A stretch of DNA of 64,000 nucleotides, taken from the IMG/VR virus record IMGVR_UViG_3300033145_000668, positions 31,175 to 95,174 of that record, one strand, 5' to 3'. Made by a program: the position numbers and the translations under genes. Of the stretch, positions 10,029 to 19,765 are shown piece by piece. Origin of the DNA: a virus. The notes under the pieces were generated by a model. The model ran no database searches, had not been told where the DNA came from, and worked only from the letters and a program-made list of their open reading frames with translations. Position 1 is the first letter of the stretch. Each line of letters starts with the position of its first letter.

Positions 10029-11431
10029 CTTTTAGTTGGTTCTAATTTATTTGTTTTCTTTACTAATGCTTTTTGCTCGTCATCTGAATGTTGATAATCA
10101 TAAACATTTTTAGCAAAGAAATCCGTTTTAACATGAAAGTATGCTTTGAAAAATGCTTCACTATATTCTGCATTTAATGCTTGCTCTACAATCATATCTT
10201 TTAACTCTGGATAATAACAAGCAACAGTTCCGAGCGTAGCAAGATTTTTTAATATTCTTTTTCTATCTTCACTAAAATTCATAACCGAGTGATGCCCAAA
10301 AGACATATGCATATCACTGAAGTCACCATTGAAATAATTATTTTTTATACAGTAGTCACCCAATTCTGTTTTAGGATACGGTTGATAAATTGGGAAGTCA
10401 CAATAACCAACTTTATTTTTTATAATAAAATCAATACCAGCTAAATCATCTTCTAATGTAGAAGTTGGTAATCCTAACATAATATTTGGAACAACTGTTA
10501 TTCCATTATCTTGACATAATTTAATTCCATCTTCCATTGTTTCATTAGACATATTTCTTTTTAGTATATCATTTCTTATTCTATCATTTGTAGATTCAAT
10601 CGAACATTGTAGCGCTCTACAACCGGCATCTTTTAATAACCCAACATTTTCTTCATTTAACATATCGTATCTCATCATAGTAAAAAATGGAACTCCTACT
10701 TCTTTTGGAAACTTATCTGCAAATTCTTTTAACCATTTAGTATTTTTAGTAGTAAAAACATCATCATAAAATTTAATAGATTCTAAACCATATTTTTCTT
10801 TAATTTGTTTTACTTCTTCTATTACATAATCAACCGAATGCTTTCTAATTCTTTTTTGTCCTTTATACATTTTTTTAGCACTACTATTAAAACAATATGT
10901 ACATTGATACGGACAACCTCTTCCTACCATAAAATGTTTAGAACCTGATTTGCCTGTTTCATTACATTCTTCATTATTAAAAAATAATTCTCTATCTGGA
11001 AAAGGTAAATCATCTAAATTTTCTACTAATGGTCCTGGCTGTATAACTCTATCTACTGGTCTTTCGTAAATAAAATCTTTAAAAGTATTTTCAGCTTCTC
11101 CTCTAATTAAATAATCAAACTTCCCTTCTTCTAATACTTCTGGAAAGTATGTAGCGTGCGGTCCACCAATAACAGTTAATTGATTGGGAAATAGTTTTTT
11201 TAAACTTCTATTAAAATTAGTATAAAATACATGTTCTCCAGTTCCTCCTCCGTAAGCAACTAAATCCGGTTTATTTTCTCTTATTTTTTGTAATACATTT
11301 CCTTTTTCTATTATACCTAATGAAGTAGTACATCCTTCTTGTTTAGCATTTGCTGATAGTTGCATTATTCCTAATGGAGGATAGTAATCAACTTCTTTCA
11401 TTACAAACATTATTTTTTCTAATTTTTTCAT
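10025..11431 (-). CDS. B12-binding radical SAM enzyme (class B methyltransferase-like)
   Basis: 'PLGI', 'IGGPHATY', 'RGEAE', 'LDDLPFPDR', 'RGCPYQCTYC'; start set at MKKLEK. Confidence 0.9.
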   Translation of the reverse strand: MKKLEKIMFVMKEVDYYPPLGIMQLSANAKQEGCTTSLGIIEKGNVLQKIRENKPDLVAYGGGTGEHVFYTNFNRSLKKLFPNQLTVIGGPHATYFPEVLEEGKFDYLIRGEAENTFKDFIYERPVDRVIQPGPLVENLDDLPFPDRELFFNNEECNETGKSGSKHFMVGRGCPYQCTYCFNSSAKKMYKGQKRIRKHSVDYVIEEVKQIKEKYGLESIKFYDDVFTTKNTKWLKEFADKFPKEVGVPFFTMMRYDMLNEENVGLLKDAGCRALQCSIESTNDRIRNDILKRNMSNETMEDGIKLCQDNGITVVPNIMLGLPTSTLEDDLAGIDFIIKNKVGYCDFPIYQPYPKTELGDYCIKNNYFNGDFSDMHMSFGHHSVMNFSEDRKRILKNLATLGTVACYYPELKDMIVEQALNAEYSEAFFKAYFHVKTDFFAKNVYDYQHSDDEQKALVKKTNKLEPTKR

Positions 11432-11898
11432 TTTAACTTCTTTAAACTCATAAAACACGGTTCATCAGTTTCAAATATTTTTTTAATACTACAATCTAAA
11501 GCTCGTTCATCAATAGGATAAAATTGCTCAATGTTATCAAATACTAACATTATCGATTCATCAATACACCTATGCGTAATTCCCTGGTCAGGATAATCAC
11601 AATATCCTATAAGTTTAACATTAGTTTTCATTGCATCAATATCTACTTTTATCATTTCAAACGCGCGTTCAATTAAAAATGGAGTAATTGTATAGACTAA
11701 TGGTTTTAATCCTTGTAGAGCCATTCCTGCAGCCATTGCAACCATCGTTTGTTCACATATACCGACATTAATAACTCTTTCTGGAAAATCTTTTTCACAA
11801 TCTGTGAAGACGCCATAGCCGATGTCTCCGAGTAGTAAAACTATTCGCTCGTCTTTTTTCATTTGCTTGTATAGTTCTTTTCCGAATTTATAACGCAT
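11428..11898 (-). CDS. Transketolase-like pyrimidine-binding subunit (no C-terminal domain)
   Basis: 'FPERVINVGICEQTMVAMAAGMA', 'ERAFEMIKVD', 'GITH'. Confidence 0.88.
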   Translation of the reverse strand: MRYKFGKELYKQMKKDERIVLLLGDIGYGVFTDCEKDFPERVINVGICEQTMVAMAAGMALQGLKPLVYTITPFLIERAFEMIKVDIDAMKTNVKLIGYCDYPDQGITHRCIDESIMLVFDNIEQFYPIDERALDCSIKKIFETDEPCFMSLKKLK

Positions 11899-11921
11899 TT
11901 TAAATTTAAAGGAAATCGCTA

Positions 11922-12053
11922 TTAGCGACTTCCTTTTAATCCACCTGTCTTTTTTCCGACTCCCTTTCCATCAGCTCTTCCCTTACCTTCTCCTCGTCCG
12001 TCTCTTGGTCCTTTAGCTCCACTTCTCGGTCCTGTTTTATCTCTTTTTGGCAT
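11922..12053 (-). CDS. 43-aa Gly/Lys/Arg-rich peptide (DUF5320-like), not in the ORF track
   Basis: Manual translation MPKRDKTGPRSGAKGPRDGRGEGKGRADGKGVGKKTGGLKGSR; GGAGG RBS upstream; starts 2 nt after the upstream stop. Confidence 0.7.
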   Translation of the reverse strand: MPKRDKTGPRSGAKGPRDGRGEGKGRADGKGVGKKTGGLKGSR

Positions 12054-12054
12054 T

Positions 12055-12663
12055 TTATTTTTCCTCCTTTATATTTTTAAAATCATTTATTATCTCCTCA
12101 TATTTTTCATCTGTAATTTCCATAACGTGCGGATATTCTTTTTTTCTACCGTAAAAATCTATGTCTGTAGTTTCCATTAAATTTTCAATCATTTTTACAT
12201 TAACATCTCTCATTGCTTGTTTACCATTATAATCAACGTGAATATGTAAATTAGTTAATTCTAATTCATTTGCTAATATTAAACTTTCCCAGGTAGTTCC
12301 TTCAGCGCATTCTCCATCTCCTAATAAAACATGAATAGTTCCTTCTTCTCCTTTTATAAATTTAGCAACGGCCATTCCAACAGCAAGTGGTAATCCATGT
12401 CCTAAGCTACCGGTTGTACAACTTACTCCATTTTCAATATCAATATCTGGATGTTGTTGTTTAAAATCTGGATTATAACCATAATATTCTAATACAGTAA
12501 ATAATGCTTTACACGCGTGACCTTTTGATAAAATAAAAACGTCATTATCAAAATCAAACTCTTCATAAATTTGTTCTATGATAGGAAGTGCGGATAGACA
12601 ACTAGCAAAGTGATGGTCACCATATTCTTTACATACATCTAATAATCTTTGTTTTAGTTCCAT
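12055..12663 (-). CDS. Transketolase N-terminal (TPP-binding) subunit
   Basis: 'FILSKGH', 'TGSLGHGLP', 'LGDGECAEGTTWE'. Confidence 0.9.
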   Translation of the reverse strand: MELKQRLLDVCKEYGDHHFASCLSALPIIEQIYEEFDFDNDVFILSKGHACKALFTVLEYYGYNPDFKQQHPDIDIENGVSCTTGSLGHGLPLAVGMAVAKFIKGEEGTIHVLLGDGECAEGTTWESLILANELELTNLHIHVDYNGKQAMRDVNVKMIENLMETTDIDFYGRKKEYPHVMEITDEKYEEIINDFKNIKEEK

Positions 12664-12664
12664 T

Positions 12665-13756
12665 TTAAATAAAATTAATCCCCCTTGGTGGATTTACGTA
12701 ATTATAAATAAATTCGTTAATTTTATCTTGTCTGCACGCTCCCTTACAATCATTATGAACATCAAAATTCTTCATTGTTTTAATTACTTCCCAATACTTC
12801 TCGCTTTCAATTATTTCTTTAATATTATTATCATGTATATTACCCATTAAAAATTCCTTTTTTCCGAATAGATGCCCACAAGGAAAAACATCTCCATTAC
12901 CTGATATTTGTACTAGTAAAGGAATTCCCAAACATCCATCATAAGGTCTTTTTCCTTCTTGTTCCATTAAAACTCTTTTAGCAATTATTTTAGTATTATC
13001 AGTTGACGTCGCTTCACAAATATCTAATACTTCTTTTACTCTCGGTGAGTTATAATCTTTTATATCAAACTTTATATCATTAACACTTTCATTTCCTTCT
13101 GGTAAACTACATTGTTTAATTAAAAAATAATCTACTCCTAACTCTACTGCCAGTTTAGCTTCTACAATCATTTCTTCATCCATCATTCCTGGAACATAAA
13201 CAGACTGTAAACCAATTTCACATTTATATCCTTTTTCTTTTTTTAGTTCAATCATTCTTCTAATATTTTTTAATAGTATATCGAATCCATCTACTCTATG
13301 TATTTTTAAATATCCTTCTTTAGTTCCTGCGCTTAAATTAAATCTCATCCAAGTACAATTTCTTAAAATATTTTCTATTTTTTTATCATCCGTTAATAAT
13401 AAACCATTAGTAGAAATAGCAATATCCAATCCATTTTTCTTTCCAACATCCATTGCTTCGTAAATATGAGGATTACAAGTCGGTTCTCCATCTCCAATCA
13501 ATCCAATTCCTTTAATTCCAATTTTAGGAGCAGTTTCAAATAAACTAATTAATGCATCTTTTTTGATATGTTCTCCTGACATGTTTTGATAAGCTCCATA
13601 ACAATAAACACAATTAATATTACAAGTTTTAGTTGCACCCATATCAATATATAGAGGAGCTATTCTTTTACCATCTCTAAAATGTTCATGAACTCTATCC
13701 ATATGCCAAAGCAATTTAGTTCCATTCATTCTGTGTGTTTTGTCTACTTTATTCAT
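12665..13756 (-). CDS. Radical SAM/SPASM protein
   Basis: CNINCVYC, 'GDGEP', 'GDVFPC', 'CKGAC'. Confidence 0.9.
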   Translation of the reverse strand: MNKVDKTHRMNGTKLLWHMDRVHEHFRDGKRIAPLYIDMGATKTCNINCVYCYGAYQNMSGEHIKKDALISLFETAPKIGIKGIGLIGDGEPTCNPHIYEAMDVGKKNGLDIAISTNGLLLTDDKKIENILRNCTWMRFNLSAGTKEGYLKIHRVDGFDILLKNIRRMIELKKEKGYKCEIGLQSVYVPGMMDEEMIVEAKLAVELGVDYFLIKQCSLPEGNESVNDIKFDIKDYNSPRVKEVLDICEATSTDNTKIIAKRVLMEQEGKRPYDGCLGIPLLVQISGNGDVFPCGHLFGKKEFLMGNIHDNNIKEIIESEKYWEVIKTMKNFDVHNDCKGACRQDKINEFIYNYVNPPRGINFI

Positions 13757-15470
13757 CTTTTTTCATTAACCTCCAATCTGGTACTTTAGCCATTACTATT
13801 AAATTATTTTTTTGTGCAAATTCATCAACAGCAATTTTAACTCCAGGATGATTTGGTTTAATATCATAATCGTGTCCGCATATAATTCCACCATCTTTCA
13901 ACATAGGATAATAATTTTCTATATCTTCCTTTACACTTTTATATGCATGATTTCCATCTAAATAAATAAAATCAATGTTATTAGGAATATCTTCAAGTGC
14001 GTCGGTAGCTGATTTTTTAATTCTAATTATTTTATCTTCACTCCCCTTCAATAATATATTAGATATTTTTTCAGCATCTTCAAAAGACGAGACCTTTAAA
14101 CTTGTATCCATAGTAGATATGCCATCTTTAAAATCATCAAACTCGCAATAAGGGTCTATTAGATATAATTTGTCTATATTCAAGTTTTGTAAAATAGATA
14201 ATGCATTTTCGCCTTTCCAGGTTCCAACTTCAACTGCAACTATTTTTTTATCTTCAAACTCTTTCATTGCTATTTCTGTTGAGGGTCTTAATTTTATTTC
14301 TTTTATAACCGGACTTGGACATTTTTTAAAATACATTATATTTCTATACGGTCTACTACTTTTTTCATCATAAATTAATTCAAAATTATGTTTTAATGAT
14401 AGTTCAAGTAATTTTTCTCTATCGCAACCTTTAATATTTTCTTGCATTCTTTTATATCCTTCCTGAACTCCAGAACTAAAACCTTCAAACTGGACTTCCA
14501 TAATTACTTCATTTGAATTACTAAATGCATCATTTAAAAATCTTTCTGTATTAGGAACATGATGTAGCATATTTAATATTAAAATAATATCGTGTCTTTC
14601 TGGTAATTTATCTTTACCTGCTTCGTATTTCTTAAAATCCATATTAGTAAAACATTTTACTTTTGCTATCTCTCCTGCTGTGTCACAAGCTTGTTGAAAT
14701 AAATCGTAACCAACTATTCTATTTGCTCTCATATCTCCAACCTTAAAACAATAATAACCGTTTAAACAACCTATATCTGCAACTGATTTATTTTTCCAAT
14801 TAACTAAATCCTTTATTTGATTCCAAGTTTCTATTTCATATCCAGCATATCCTCCTATTTGATAACCATAAGGCAATGATATAGTTTGATAAAATTTATC
14901 ATAATTAGTTCCATTTAGCGATTCTGCTGGTAATTTTTTCAAATCTTCAATTATTTTAATTACTTTATTTTCATCAACACCAATTATTATTTTCATCATT
15001 TTAGCATATTCTGTAATATTTTTAAATTTACCATTTATTGCATGATAACACTCTGCATTAGATAAATTGAAATTTTTATAAATTTTTTCATATGCATTAA
15101 TAACAAATCTTTTATCTACTCTATCTGGATTAATTCCTGAATCTCTTGATTGTATTCTATTCACTATTGTCTCTGCGTCTGTAAAAATTATAATTGGTTT
15201 AATAATATGAGTTTTTAATTTAGATTTTAAATACATAAAATTTTTACCATGCATCTTTCCATTTATAATTGATAAATATCCATCTAAAAATATATCGTCG
15301 TTTGGTTTGTCTTCGCATTCTTCTACAACTTTATCCATTGATAAATTGAACTCTTCTTCCGTTCCATAAATTGGTAATATATCGGCTGGTATTACAAATC
15401 CGCCTATTGACTTCGCAAATGTTGTTTTTCCACTTTCTCCCATTCCTAATAATATTTTTAGTTCAGCCAT
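13749..15470 (-). CDS. Tri-domain protein: P-loop kinase + class I methyltransferase + Methyltransf_24-like methyltransferase
   Basis: GMGESGKT; 'VADIGCLNG'; 'VEVGTWKG', 'DFIYLDGNHAY', 'GGIICGHDY'. Confidence 0.8.
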   Translation of the reverse strand: MAELKILLGMGESGKTTFAKSIGGFVIPADILPIYGTEEEFNLSMDKVVEECEDKPNDDIFLDGYLSIINGKMHGKNFMYLKSKLKTHIIKPIIIFTDAETIVNRIQSRDSGINPDRVDKRFVINAYEKIYKNFNLSNAECYHAINGKFKNITEYAKMMKIIIGVDENKVIKIIEDLKKLPAESLNGTNYDKFYQTISLPYGYQIGGYAGYEIETWNQIKDLVNWKNKSVADIGCLNGYYCFKVGDMRANRIVGYDLFQQACDTAGEIAKVKCFTNMDFKKYEAGKDKLPERHDIILILNMLHHVPNTERFLNDAFSNSNEVIMEVQFEGFSSGVQEGYKRMQENIKGCDREKLLELSLKHNFELIYDEKSSRPYRNIMYFKKCPSPVIKEIKLRPSTEIAMKEFEDKKIVAVEVGTWKGENALSILQNLNIDKLYLIDPYCEFDDFKDGISTMDTSLKVSSFEDAEKISNILLKGSEDKIIRIKKSATDALEDIPNNIDFIYLDGNHAYKSVKEDIENYYPMLKDGGIICGHDYDIKPNHPGVKIAVDEFAQKNNLIVMAKVPDWRLMKKDE

Positions 15471-16354
15471 TCATCCACCTGTTCTTTTATTTTATTATAA
15501 CAATCACTATCTGCATTTACAAATAAATAATTTTTATTTTCTAAATATTCTTTTCTCATTACTATTTCCGCCGGTCCTGCTCCCGTACTATCTGGAGTTG
15601 CTATAATTGTTGGTTTATTAGAATGAAATCTATGGTAAGTAAACATTGAACTACTTCCAAACATATAATCAATTGTTCTGATATAATAAAATAATTCACT
15701 TATAGTTAACTTACTTCTTAAATCAATAATAAGTCTATTACTAATATCTAAATTAATTTCTTCTAAATTTCCAATCAAAATACATCTTATATTATTACCG
15801 GTGCAATATTCAATAAATTTTTTATAAAATGTTTCATTAATAAAGATTCCTTTTTTTCTTACATGTATCAAAAGAATTTTAGGACTATTATTTGCTGACT
15901 CTAATGGTTTTCTTTCTAAATCTAATAAAATATTTTCACCATTTTTCCATTCATAAATTTCCTTTCCCATTACAGCAGAAATAAAAATATCATTATCGTT
16001 AATTTTATCTTTCATATATTCTTTTGTTTCTGATAATCTATAAAATAGAAAATCATTTTTAATATTTTCATAAATAATTCCTTTTTGTCTATCAACACCG
16101 TCTGGAAAATAAATATTTTTATAAGAACCACATTCTTTTGGGACAATAATCCAATCATCAGAATATCTATTTAATAATTCTTCAGCTGTAAATCTTTCAT
16201 TAATAAAAGTATTATCATGAAAATAAATACAATCTATATATATTTTTATATCTTCTTTTTTAAGATTTTTTTCTTTTAATATTGCTGGTAACATAGCTAA
16301 AAGGTCATACCAATCGCCCAACCCACACTGCAGATATAATATTAATTTTGTCAT
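15458..16354 (-). CDS. GT-B glycosyltransferase (GT9/GT11-like)
   Basis: 'CGLGD', 'LIHVR', 'IIDLRSKLTISEL', 'GSSS'. Confidence 0.55.
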   Translation of the reverse strand: MTKLILYLQCGLGDWYDLLAMLPAILKEKNLKKEDIKIYIDCIYFHDNTFINERFTAEELLNRYSDDWIIVPKECGSYKNIYFPDGVDRQKGIIYENIKNDFLFYRLSETKEYMKDKINDNDIFISAVMGKEIYEWKNGENILLDLERKPLESANNSPKILLIHVRKKGIFINETFYKKFIEYCTGNNIRCILIGNLEEINLDISNRLIIDLRSKLTISELFYYIRTIDYMFGSSSMFTYHRFHSNKPTIIATPDSTGAGPAEIVMRKEYLENKNYLFVNADSDCYNKIKEQVDEWLN

Positions 16355-16513
16355 TTTATTGTTCCCCTCTCATTGCTTTTACCCAACCACTGTAGCCACC
16401 AGATGGATATTTCTTTCCATTTTCATCTTTACAAAATACATCTTCAAACCATAATTTTTCTTGTGCCACTTCTTTTAATATTCTAATTTCTTCTTGTGTA
16501 AATTCTTCTTTAC

Positions 16514-17458
16514 TCATACAAACTTCACATGTTCAGGAATATTTTTAATTTTTTTGAGAGCATCATTATATTGTGAATAATAACAAACGTCACATACCGA
16601 ACCATCGAAATGTTTTTGTTCTTTAAATATGCATTCCAAATCTTCTAGTTCTCCCATTTTCATATTATCTACATAATCCCTATTTTGTCCTATAATAGCA
16701 TATTGCGCTCCGCAGCATGGAAATATTCCTTCTGGAGCAATTACTGGTTTTAATAAACTGATATAACAATCTTTTGTACCAAATGTACTATCTTTTCTTC
16801 CTTGATAAATAACCTTCGAATCATCAAAATTATTTTGAAAATATACCTGCAATAAACTTAAATCTGGAACATTTTTTAAATTTAAAAGGTCAGAAACTAA
16901 TCTTACATGAGTCATATTCACATCATTAGCAAACTTTATTACTTCTCCTATTATTTCATAATTAGGATTATTAGTAACAACGTGACTAAATGCCCAACCT
17001 GTGTTTGGATTTTTTTGAATAGCATTATATATTTTTGAAAAATTAGGAACTCTATCATCTGAACTTGATATTCTACACCAAGTTAAATTATCATGAAATT
17101 TTAATTTATCAATATTATTACCATTAGAAACTAAACCAACTTCCATTCCTTTTTCTAATGCATAATCTATTGTTTCATTAATTTGTTTATATAACATTGG
17201 TTCTCCTCCTCCAGTAATAGTCACAGCTTTAGTACCATATTCTTTACTAACATCTAATATTCTTTTTATTTCTTCAAATGGTATCTTTTTCTTTTTATCT
17301 CTATCTGAACAAGAACAAAATTCACAATTTAAATCACAAGCATTTGTTGGAATTAACTGGATGTGATATGGTTTAATTTTATCATTATCGTGTATATTAT
17401 TATGCATTAATTTAACCGGAAATGAACTTGCTGATGTGTATGATTCTACTGATTTCAT
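16514..17458 (-). CDS. Radical SAM/SPASM protein
   Basis: CDLNCEFC, 'TGGGEP', 'IFPCC', 'CDVC'. Confidence 0.9.
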   Translation of the reverse strand: MKSVESYTSASSFPVKLMHNNIHDNDKIKPYHIQLIPTNACDLNCEFCSCSDRDKKKKIPFEEIKRILDVSKEYGTKAVTITGGGEPMLYKQINETIDYALEKGMEVGLVSNGNNIDKLKFHDNLTWCRISSSDDRVPNFSKIYNAIQKNPNTGWAFSHVVTNNPNYEIIGEVIKFANDVNMTHVRLVSDLLNLKNVPDLSLLQVYFQNNFDDSKVIYQGRKDSTFGTKDCYISLLKPVIAPEGIFPCCGAQYAIIGQNRDYVDNMKMGELEDLECIFKEQKHFDGSVCDVCYYSQYNDALKKIKNIPEHVKFV

Positions 17459-18204
17459 TGTGCAAATAATTTCTCCATATCTTTAAATTCTCTAATGTCT
17501 AATTTACTTTCATCTTCTTCCATCCAAATTGCTTTTAATTCACCTTTATCATCATATCCAAATTTTTCTTTATCGTTGATGTATTTTTGTCGTTTCTCTT
17601 CTCTTAATTTTTTTGTCATGTGTCCAAAATGTTTTATCATTACATTAACATTTTGTTCGCTCGGTGTACAATTTTGAGGAATTACGCCACTATGTTCATC
17701 TTGAATATCATAAGCAAAATGTGATTGTACTTTATACATTTCATGTGACATTCTCGCATGTTTATCATTTTCTCCTTTTTTAGGTAGCATAACGTAATGG
17801 TCTTCGTCATTTCTCATTTCAAATAATGGAAACCCTATACTTTTATCGAATGTATTTAATAAATAAGTTCTAAACGAATTTAAATTAAATTCAGGAACAT
17901 ATTTGTCATGGTCTAAAAGCCAAACCCATTGACATTTTTCTTCTCTTGCCATATCTAATATTTTTTGATAATCTCTACTCATGTTTCTATTTTTAAAATG
18001 TTGTTTATGATATTGAACTACTTTTGGATGATTAATTAATTTTTCTCTAACCTCATCGTCAGCATCGTTATCAACTACTAAAATTACATCTCCACTTCTT
18101 TCAGCGCTTTCAATCCATTCGTTAATAAATTCCTTTCCTCCGCGAACTACTAAACCGATGGCGATTTTTGGATTCAATACTATTTCTATTTTTTCTTTAT
18201 TCAT
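17455..18204 (-). CDS. Glycosyltransferase family 2-like
   Basis: 'LVVDND', 'WVWLLDHD', 'IKHFG'. Confidence 0.7.
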   Translation of the reverse strand: MNKEKIEIVLNPKIAIGLVVRGGKEFINEWIESAERSGDVILVVDNDADDEVREKLINHPKVVQYHKQHFKNRNMSRDYQKILDMAREEKCQWVWLLDHDKYVPEFNLNSFRTYLLNTFDKSIGFPLFEMRNDEDHYVMLPKKGENDKHARMSHEMYKVQSHFAYDIQDEHSGVIPQNCTPSEQNVNVMIKHFGHMTKKLREEKRQKYINDKEKFGYDDKGELKAIWMEEDESKLDIREFKDMEKLFAQ

Positions 18205-18341
18205 TTTTTATTCCATTATTTAATTTATTTATATATAATTGAAAAGCAAAAAATACTTCTTCTTCAAATGGTTTATCATTTATTCTTCCTTCTTCATTCA
18301 TAATTCCAGTTAATAATGCTTTTGCTTCTTTTACGCATTTA

Positions 18342-19637
18342 TCAAATATTTTTTTCGTCATTTTTTCTCCCAATTAAAATCTGTTCATAAAACGACCAAT
18401 CTTTCGGTGTTTCTTTTATCTCTATTCCATATGATTCAATTAACTTAATCCATTCTTCTTTTGTTTTTTTCTGTATATGTGTTGAGTCTGCTTCTAAATT
18501 TGGGTCTCCTATGAATGGAATTGAAAATAAAAATTTCTTTCCATATTTAGATATATTTGTTAATGTTTTATCTAAATCTTCATCTGATAAATGTTCTAAA
18601 ACATCTATTGCTGTTATTAAATCTGCTTCGCATCCAATATATTTTTTTTCATTACTAATATCTCCTATTATCATTCCGGAAGTAAATGCATTTTTTATTG
18701 CCCACTCACTTATTTCTATTCCTAAACTTTTGTTAACATACCACTTCCAAAAGTATAAATAACATCCTCTTCCGCAACCTAAATCTAAAACACTCTCGGG
18801 GTTAAAATAGTCATTCCATTGCTTAACCATTAAACTATGTTTAACTTCTAATCCTCTATTAGCGAAATAAATCTCATCTTTATCAATACTAAATTTATTT
18901 AAAATAATCTCCGGTAACTCAATAGGATTTAATTTTGTAACAGGATACATTCCAAATAAATGCGCTCTACTCCAATTATTCAAAAAATCTTTTTCGTGAC
19001 TAACATCTTTTAGATGTCTCAACATTTGACCATCATATCTTTTTTTAACATCCCATACACCTCCAACATAGCCCATGTGCCAAATAACACCATTATGAAA
19101 ATTATAATTTTTTAATTCTTTAGCAGATAAAATACAATGTTCTGCATCTGGAAAAAATTTATCATTTGTAATTTTAAATACTCTAATAGGAACAAAATGA
19201 ATTGGCTTAGTAGAATCTTCATGACATAAATTTCCAATTAAGTGTCTCATTCTTGGATTAAACGTATCATTATCTTCCCAATCATGTTCATCTAATAATT
19301 TTCTATAAGCAGAAAAATCATCTACTATCTCATCAGAGTCCAAATATAAACACCAATAATCTTTATAATTTTCTTTTAAATAATTTAACCAATAATTTTT
19401 TTGTTTTGATATTGCTAATTTATCTTTTTGAATAAATTTATTTTTAATTATATCTATTTTATCGTCTGGTTTTTGATTTCTGCAAAATTCTAGTACCATA
19501 TCTAATGTATTATCTGTACTCCCACCATCGCAAAAAACAATCGCATCTGCGGTTTTAACCGATTCTAAGCACATATCAATTGTATTTTCACAATCTTGCC
19601 CCATGATAACACACACTATGCGATTTTTATTTTTCAT
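18342..19637 (-). CDS. GT2 glycosyltransferase fused to class I SAM methyltransferase
   Basis: 'DGGSTDNT', 'LDSDE'; 'VLDLGCGRG', 'DVLEH'. Confidence 0.85.
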   Translation of the reverse strand: MKNKNRIVCVIMGQDCENTIDMCLESVKTADAIVFCDGGSTDNTLDMVLEFCRNQKPDDKIDIIKNKFIQKDKLAISKQKNYWLNYLKENYKDYWCLYLDSDEIVDDFSAYRKLLDEHDWEDNDTFNPRMRHLIGNLCHEDSTKPIHFVPIRVFKITNDKFFPDAEHCILSAKELKNYNFHNGVIWHMGYVGGVWDVKKRYDGQMLRHLKDVSHEKDFLNNWSRAHLFGMYPVTKLNPIELPEIILNKFSIDKDEIYFANRGLEVKHSLMVKQWNDYFNPESVLDLGCGRGCYLYFWKWYVNKSLGIEISEWAIKNAFTSGMIIGDISNEKKYIGCEADLITAIDVLEHLSDEDLDKTLTNISKYGKKFLFSIPFIGDPNLEADSTHIQKKTKEEWIKLIESYGIEIKETPKDWSFYEQILIGRKNDEKNI

Positions 19638-19765
19638 TTTGAGTATATATCATTTTTATTTTTCCGCAATTATTACAAATTACTTCTGTTCGTTTTTTTA
19701 AATCATTAATCATAATTCTGAATAATTTCTTTTTACAATCATCGCATCGTTGTCTTTGTTCCATC

